Assembly (NCBI GenBank): GCA_047601445.1
Contig: JASGJH010000001.1
Coordinates: 1,696,001-1,760,000 of the forward strand
Origin: Myxococcales bacterium
Lineage (GTDB): Bacteria > Myxococcota_A > Polyangia > Polyangiales > DASUME01
Length of the DNA: 64,000 nucleotides
Direction: 5' to 3'
Shown piece after piece: positions 60,912 through 64,000 of the stretch. The translations under genes were made by a program, and so were the position numbers. Each line of letters opens with the position of its first letter. Within the stretch, counting starts at the first letter, position 1. The notes under the pieces are model-generated. The model searched no databases and was not told the DNA's origin. It worked only from the letters and a program-made list of their open reading frames with translations.

Positions 60912-61040
60912 GTGACACCTTGGGCGCGCAGATTCGGAATCGGTCACATCTCGGTGCCATCTTGGTCGGACCACTTCCGCAAGGACGACTTTGGGAGCAC
61001 ACAGCGGCACCCCAGTTTTGGTCGGACAGGACGGTTCTCG

Positions 61041-64000
61041 GTGCCAAGACAACACGCCCTCGGCGGCTTTCGCCTCGGTTGCGCAGCGCTGCTCTGCGCG
61101 TATCTCGCGATGTCCAGTATTCCCGCGCAAGCCGACCCACCCACCTCGGTGGACCTGTCGACTTACGTTCGCGTAGGGCGCTACGACCTGCCCGAGCCCA
61201 CGCGCACCGCGGCGCCGGCCAACAGCCTGCTGGCGCAGGAAGCCTCCAACGTCACGTACAACTGGGACACCGACACCCTGTTCATCACGGGCGACGGCGG
61301 CACTTCCGTGGTCCAGGTTTCGAAGACCGGGCAATTGATCGACTCCATGAGTCTGGCGCCGGGCGGTAGCCCCCAAGGCACCGAATTTTACGACACGGAA
61401 GGCCTCACCTACGTCGGGAACGGCCAATTCGTTCTATTGGAGGAGCGCTACCGCCAGGCGAACTTGTTCACCTACGTTGCAGGGGGCACCCTTCAGCGCT
61501 CGGCCACCAAGACCGTGAAGCTGGGCACGACCATCGGCAATACCGGCCTGGAAGGTCTTTCCTGGGATCCGTCGACCTCCGGTTTCATCTTCGTCAAAGA
61601 GAAAGACCCCGAGTCGGTTTTTCAGACGACGATCAACTGGACTTCCCTCACGGCATCCAATGGCTCGCCGACCGCGACCAGCTCGACCGACCTGTTCAAC
61701 CCGTCGCTGGCCGGTTTGCTGGATTTCTCGGACGTATTCGCGCTCTCAGGCGTGCCGTCGCTGAGCGGTCAGCCTGACTCCAGTCATCTGCTCATCATCA
61801 GCCAGGAGTCGGGTCAGGTCGTCAATGTCGACCGCTCCGGCGTGGTGTACAGCCGCCTGACCATTCAGGCCGATCCGAACAGCCCGTTGACGGTGCCGGA
61901 CATGACGATGGAAGGCGTCACGATGGACGACGACGGCTTCCTCTACGTAGCGAACGAAAACGGCGGCGGCGACGCAAACCATCCGCAGCTCTGGGTCTAC
62001 GCGCCATCGACGGCGTCGAATCTGGCGCCCACCGGGGTCACGCTGATCAATCAGACCAACTCATTGCCGGAGAACACGAGCACAGCGGCGGCGGTCAAGG
62101 TGGCCGACATTGCCATCGCCGACGATGGGCTGGGCAACAACGCGATTACTCTGAGCGGAGGGGACGCGAGCTCCTTCCAGGTAGTCGGAGTCGCGCTGTT
62201 CCTGAAGGCCGGCACCGTGCTGAACGCGAGCGGCAAGCCCAGCTACAGCGTCACGGTGAACGTGGATGATGCGGCGGTCGGCAGTAGCCCTGATGCCTCG
62301 GTCAACTTCAACCTGAACATCACGAGCTCCACGGGTGGCACGCCCGCCTTCACCATCTCCGAGGTGGCGCCCTGGGCCAGCGGCGACAGCACGCTAGGTG
62401 CCGATTGGTTCGAACTGACCAACACCGGCACCGCTACTGCGGTCATCACCGGCTGGAAGATGGATGACAACTCCAACTCGTTCGGCTCGGCCGTCGCGCT
62501 GAACGGTGTCACCAACATCGCGCCTGGCGAATCGGTGATCTTCATCGAGAGCGCTTCCGGCAGCGTCGCCAACACGTTCAAGACGCTGTGGTTCGGCGCG
62601 ACCCCTCCGGCGAACCTCCAGGTTGGCACCTATTCCGGCTCGGGTGTTGGCTTGAGCACTTCCAACGATGCCGTCAACGTGTACAACAGCGCCGGCGCGC
62701 TCCAAGCCAACGTGTCCTTCGGTGCGTCCCCCACGGGACCGTTCCGAACCTTCGATAACGCGGCCGGGCTCAGCAATGCCAGCATCTCCGCGTTGAGCGC
62801 CGTGGGCATCAACGGGGCGTTCGCGGCGGCCAACCACGCTACGGAGATCGGCTCGCCTGGAACCGTTGGTGCTCCGACCGCACCGGTGGTGACGATCGTG
62901 GCCACGGACGCGAGCGCGTCGGAGACCAACGACCCCGGCTCATTCCGCATTTCGCGCACCGGTAGCACCATCAGCGCCCTGAACGTCAACTACATCCTCG
63001 GCACCGGCGCCGGCAAGGCCAGCAGCAGCGACTACACGCCTGCGCTGAGCGGCGTGGTGACCATTCCCGCGGGCCAATCGTTCATGGACGTCACCATCAC
63101 TCCCGTTGCAGACGTTCTGATCGAAGGCACCGAGTCGCTCCTCCTGACGCTCGGCGACACGGGCAGCTACGACGTCGGCTCGCCCGGGAGCGCCACCATC
63201 AGCATCGCGGACGTGCCTCCCCCGGCGCCCTTCACAGCAGGGGATCTGGCCTTGTTTCAGGCGGCTGCGTCGGCGAACAACACCACCGCGTCGATCGTCG
63301 AGATCGATACCGTGACCGCCAACCAGGTGGCCACGCAAACCATCCCCATCAGCGTGACCTATCGCTTCAGCGGTTCGGCGACCAGCACCGGCTACCTCTC
63401 TCACAGCGACGATCGCACGCTCCTGACGTTCAACGGCGCGACGGGCGCTACGACCGGCAATGCCAACACGCTGTTGCCACGCAACGTCCTTACTCTCGAT
63501 CCTACCGGCGCGTTCGCCGTGAAGGCCAGCTACACCGGTCTCAGCGGCCAACAGACCCGCTCGGCGACGTCGCTGAACGACAGCGCATGGTTCATCGGGG
63601 ATCAGAACGGCATCTACACGAACAACAGCACGAGCCCGAGTCCGGGCGGAAATTTCCGTAGCACCAAGGCCTTCGCGGGCGTGGTCTACGTGGCCCAGGC
63701 CGCGGCATCGCTGCCATCGATCGTGACCGTCAGCGCCCCGAGCGGCACCACCGTCACCGCACTCCCCGGGTTCGGCAGCGTCTTCGACAACAACCTTCAG
63801 GACTTCTACTTGGTGCAAAGCGGGCAGAACGGCAGCGCGTATGACGTGATCTACACGCTCGCAGCCACATCCGATAGCGCCGGCACCATTCGCAAGTACT
63901 CGCGCGTCTCTGGCACCTGGGTGGCCAACGGCAACGCGACCACGAGCTACGGTGGCTTCGGTCTCGCCGCCAAGAAAAACGGCAGCGGCGCTTCGCTGTT
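61041..64000 (+). CDS. Large secreted multidomain protein: SdiA-regulated propeller, cadherin-like, lamin-tail, Calx-beta (partial, runs off window)
   Basis: Not in the ORF track because it has no stop. GTG start, signal peptide ending AQA, then VDLSTYVRVGRYDLPEP, DTEGLTY, ISEVAPW..DWFELTN (LTD) and VTIVATDASASE...F.ISRTG (Calx-beta). Frame spot-checked to the window end. Confidence 0.85.
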   Translation, partial: MPRQHALGGFRLGCAALLCAYLAMSSIPAQADPPTSVDLSTYVRVGRYDLPEPTRTAAPANSLLAQEASNVTYNWDTDTLFITGDGGTSVVQVSKTGQLIDSMSLAPGGSPQGTEFYDTEGLTYVGNGQFVLLEERYRQANLFTYVAGGTLQRSATKTVKLGTTIGNTGLEGLSWDPSTSGFIFVKEKDPESVFQTTINWTSLTASNGSPTATSSTDLFNPSLAGLLDFSDVFALSGVPSLSGQPDSSHLLIISQESGQVVNVDRSGVVYSRLTIQADPNSPLTVPDMTMEGVTMDDDGFLYVANENGGGDANHPQLWVYAPSTASNLAPTGVTLINQTNSLPENTSTAAAVKVADIAIADDGLGNNAITLSGGDASSFQVVGVALFLKAGTVLNASGKPSYSVTVNVDDAAVGSSPDASVNFNLNITSSTGGTPAFTISEVAPWASGDSTLGADWFELTNTGTATAVITGWKMDDNSNSFGSAVALNGVTNIAPGESVIFIESASGSVANTFKTLWFGATPPANLQVGTYSGSGVGLSTSNDAVNVYNSAGALQANVSFGASPTGPFRTFDNAAGLSNASISALSAVGINGAFAAANHATEIGSPGTVGAPTAPVVTIVATDASASETNDPGSFRISRTGSTISALNVNYILGTGAGKASSSDYTPALSGVVTIPAGQSFMDVTITPVADVLIEGTESLLLTLGDTGSYDVGSPGSATISIADVPPPAPFTAGDLALFQAAASANNTTASIVEIDTVTANQVATQTIPISVTYRFSGSATSTGYLSHSDDRTLLTFNGATGATTGNANTLLPRNVLTLDPTGAFAVKASYTGLSGQQTRSATSLNDSAWFIGDQNGIYTNNSTSPSPGGNFRSTKAFAGVVYVAQAAASLPSIVTVSAPSGTTVTALPGFGSVFDNNLQDFYLVQSGQNGSAYDVIYTLAATSDSAGTIRKYSRVSGTWVANGNATTSYGGFGLAAKKNGSGASL

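Overview
A GC-rich bacterial window, most likely Myxococcota (Polyangiales-like). That assignment is inferred from a TIGR02265/DUF2378 protein, a DUF1592/DUF1552 pair, many lipoproteins and sigma54-type promoters. I found about 47 protein-coding genes and no rRNA, tRNA, CRISPR array or transposase. Main blocks: (1) a translationally coupled NRPS-independent hydroxamate siderophore operon (6945-17328) with two IucA/IucC synthetases, a TrxB-like reductase and an MFS, flanked by two membrane di-iron hydroxylase/desaturase genes and a DUF1624 acyltransferase; (2) secreted enzymes (S8 protease, repeat-bearing GH5) and a double GT-C membrane protein; (3) a cds1 / single-domain receiver / DHp-DHp-REC-HAMP / MinD-like ATPase operon facing a membrane histidine kinase; (4) a DUF2378 / ThDP enzyme / atypical KAS III / hybrid kinase cassette, possibly for synthesis of and response to an acyloin- or furanolide-type small molecule; (5) a DUF1592-DUF1552-SGNH operon; (6) an XylS-type AraC mini-regulon, marked by a near-identical 25-bp motif at a fixed position upstream of a tandem-cNMP protein and a tectonin lectin; (7) a large secreted SdiA/LTD/Calx-beta protein that runs off the right edge and is absent from the ORF track. 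Three genes are each broken by a single extra base at a doubled nucleotide, which suggests consensus errors. All family assignments come from motif recognition by eye; no database searches were run.
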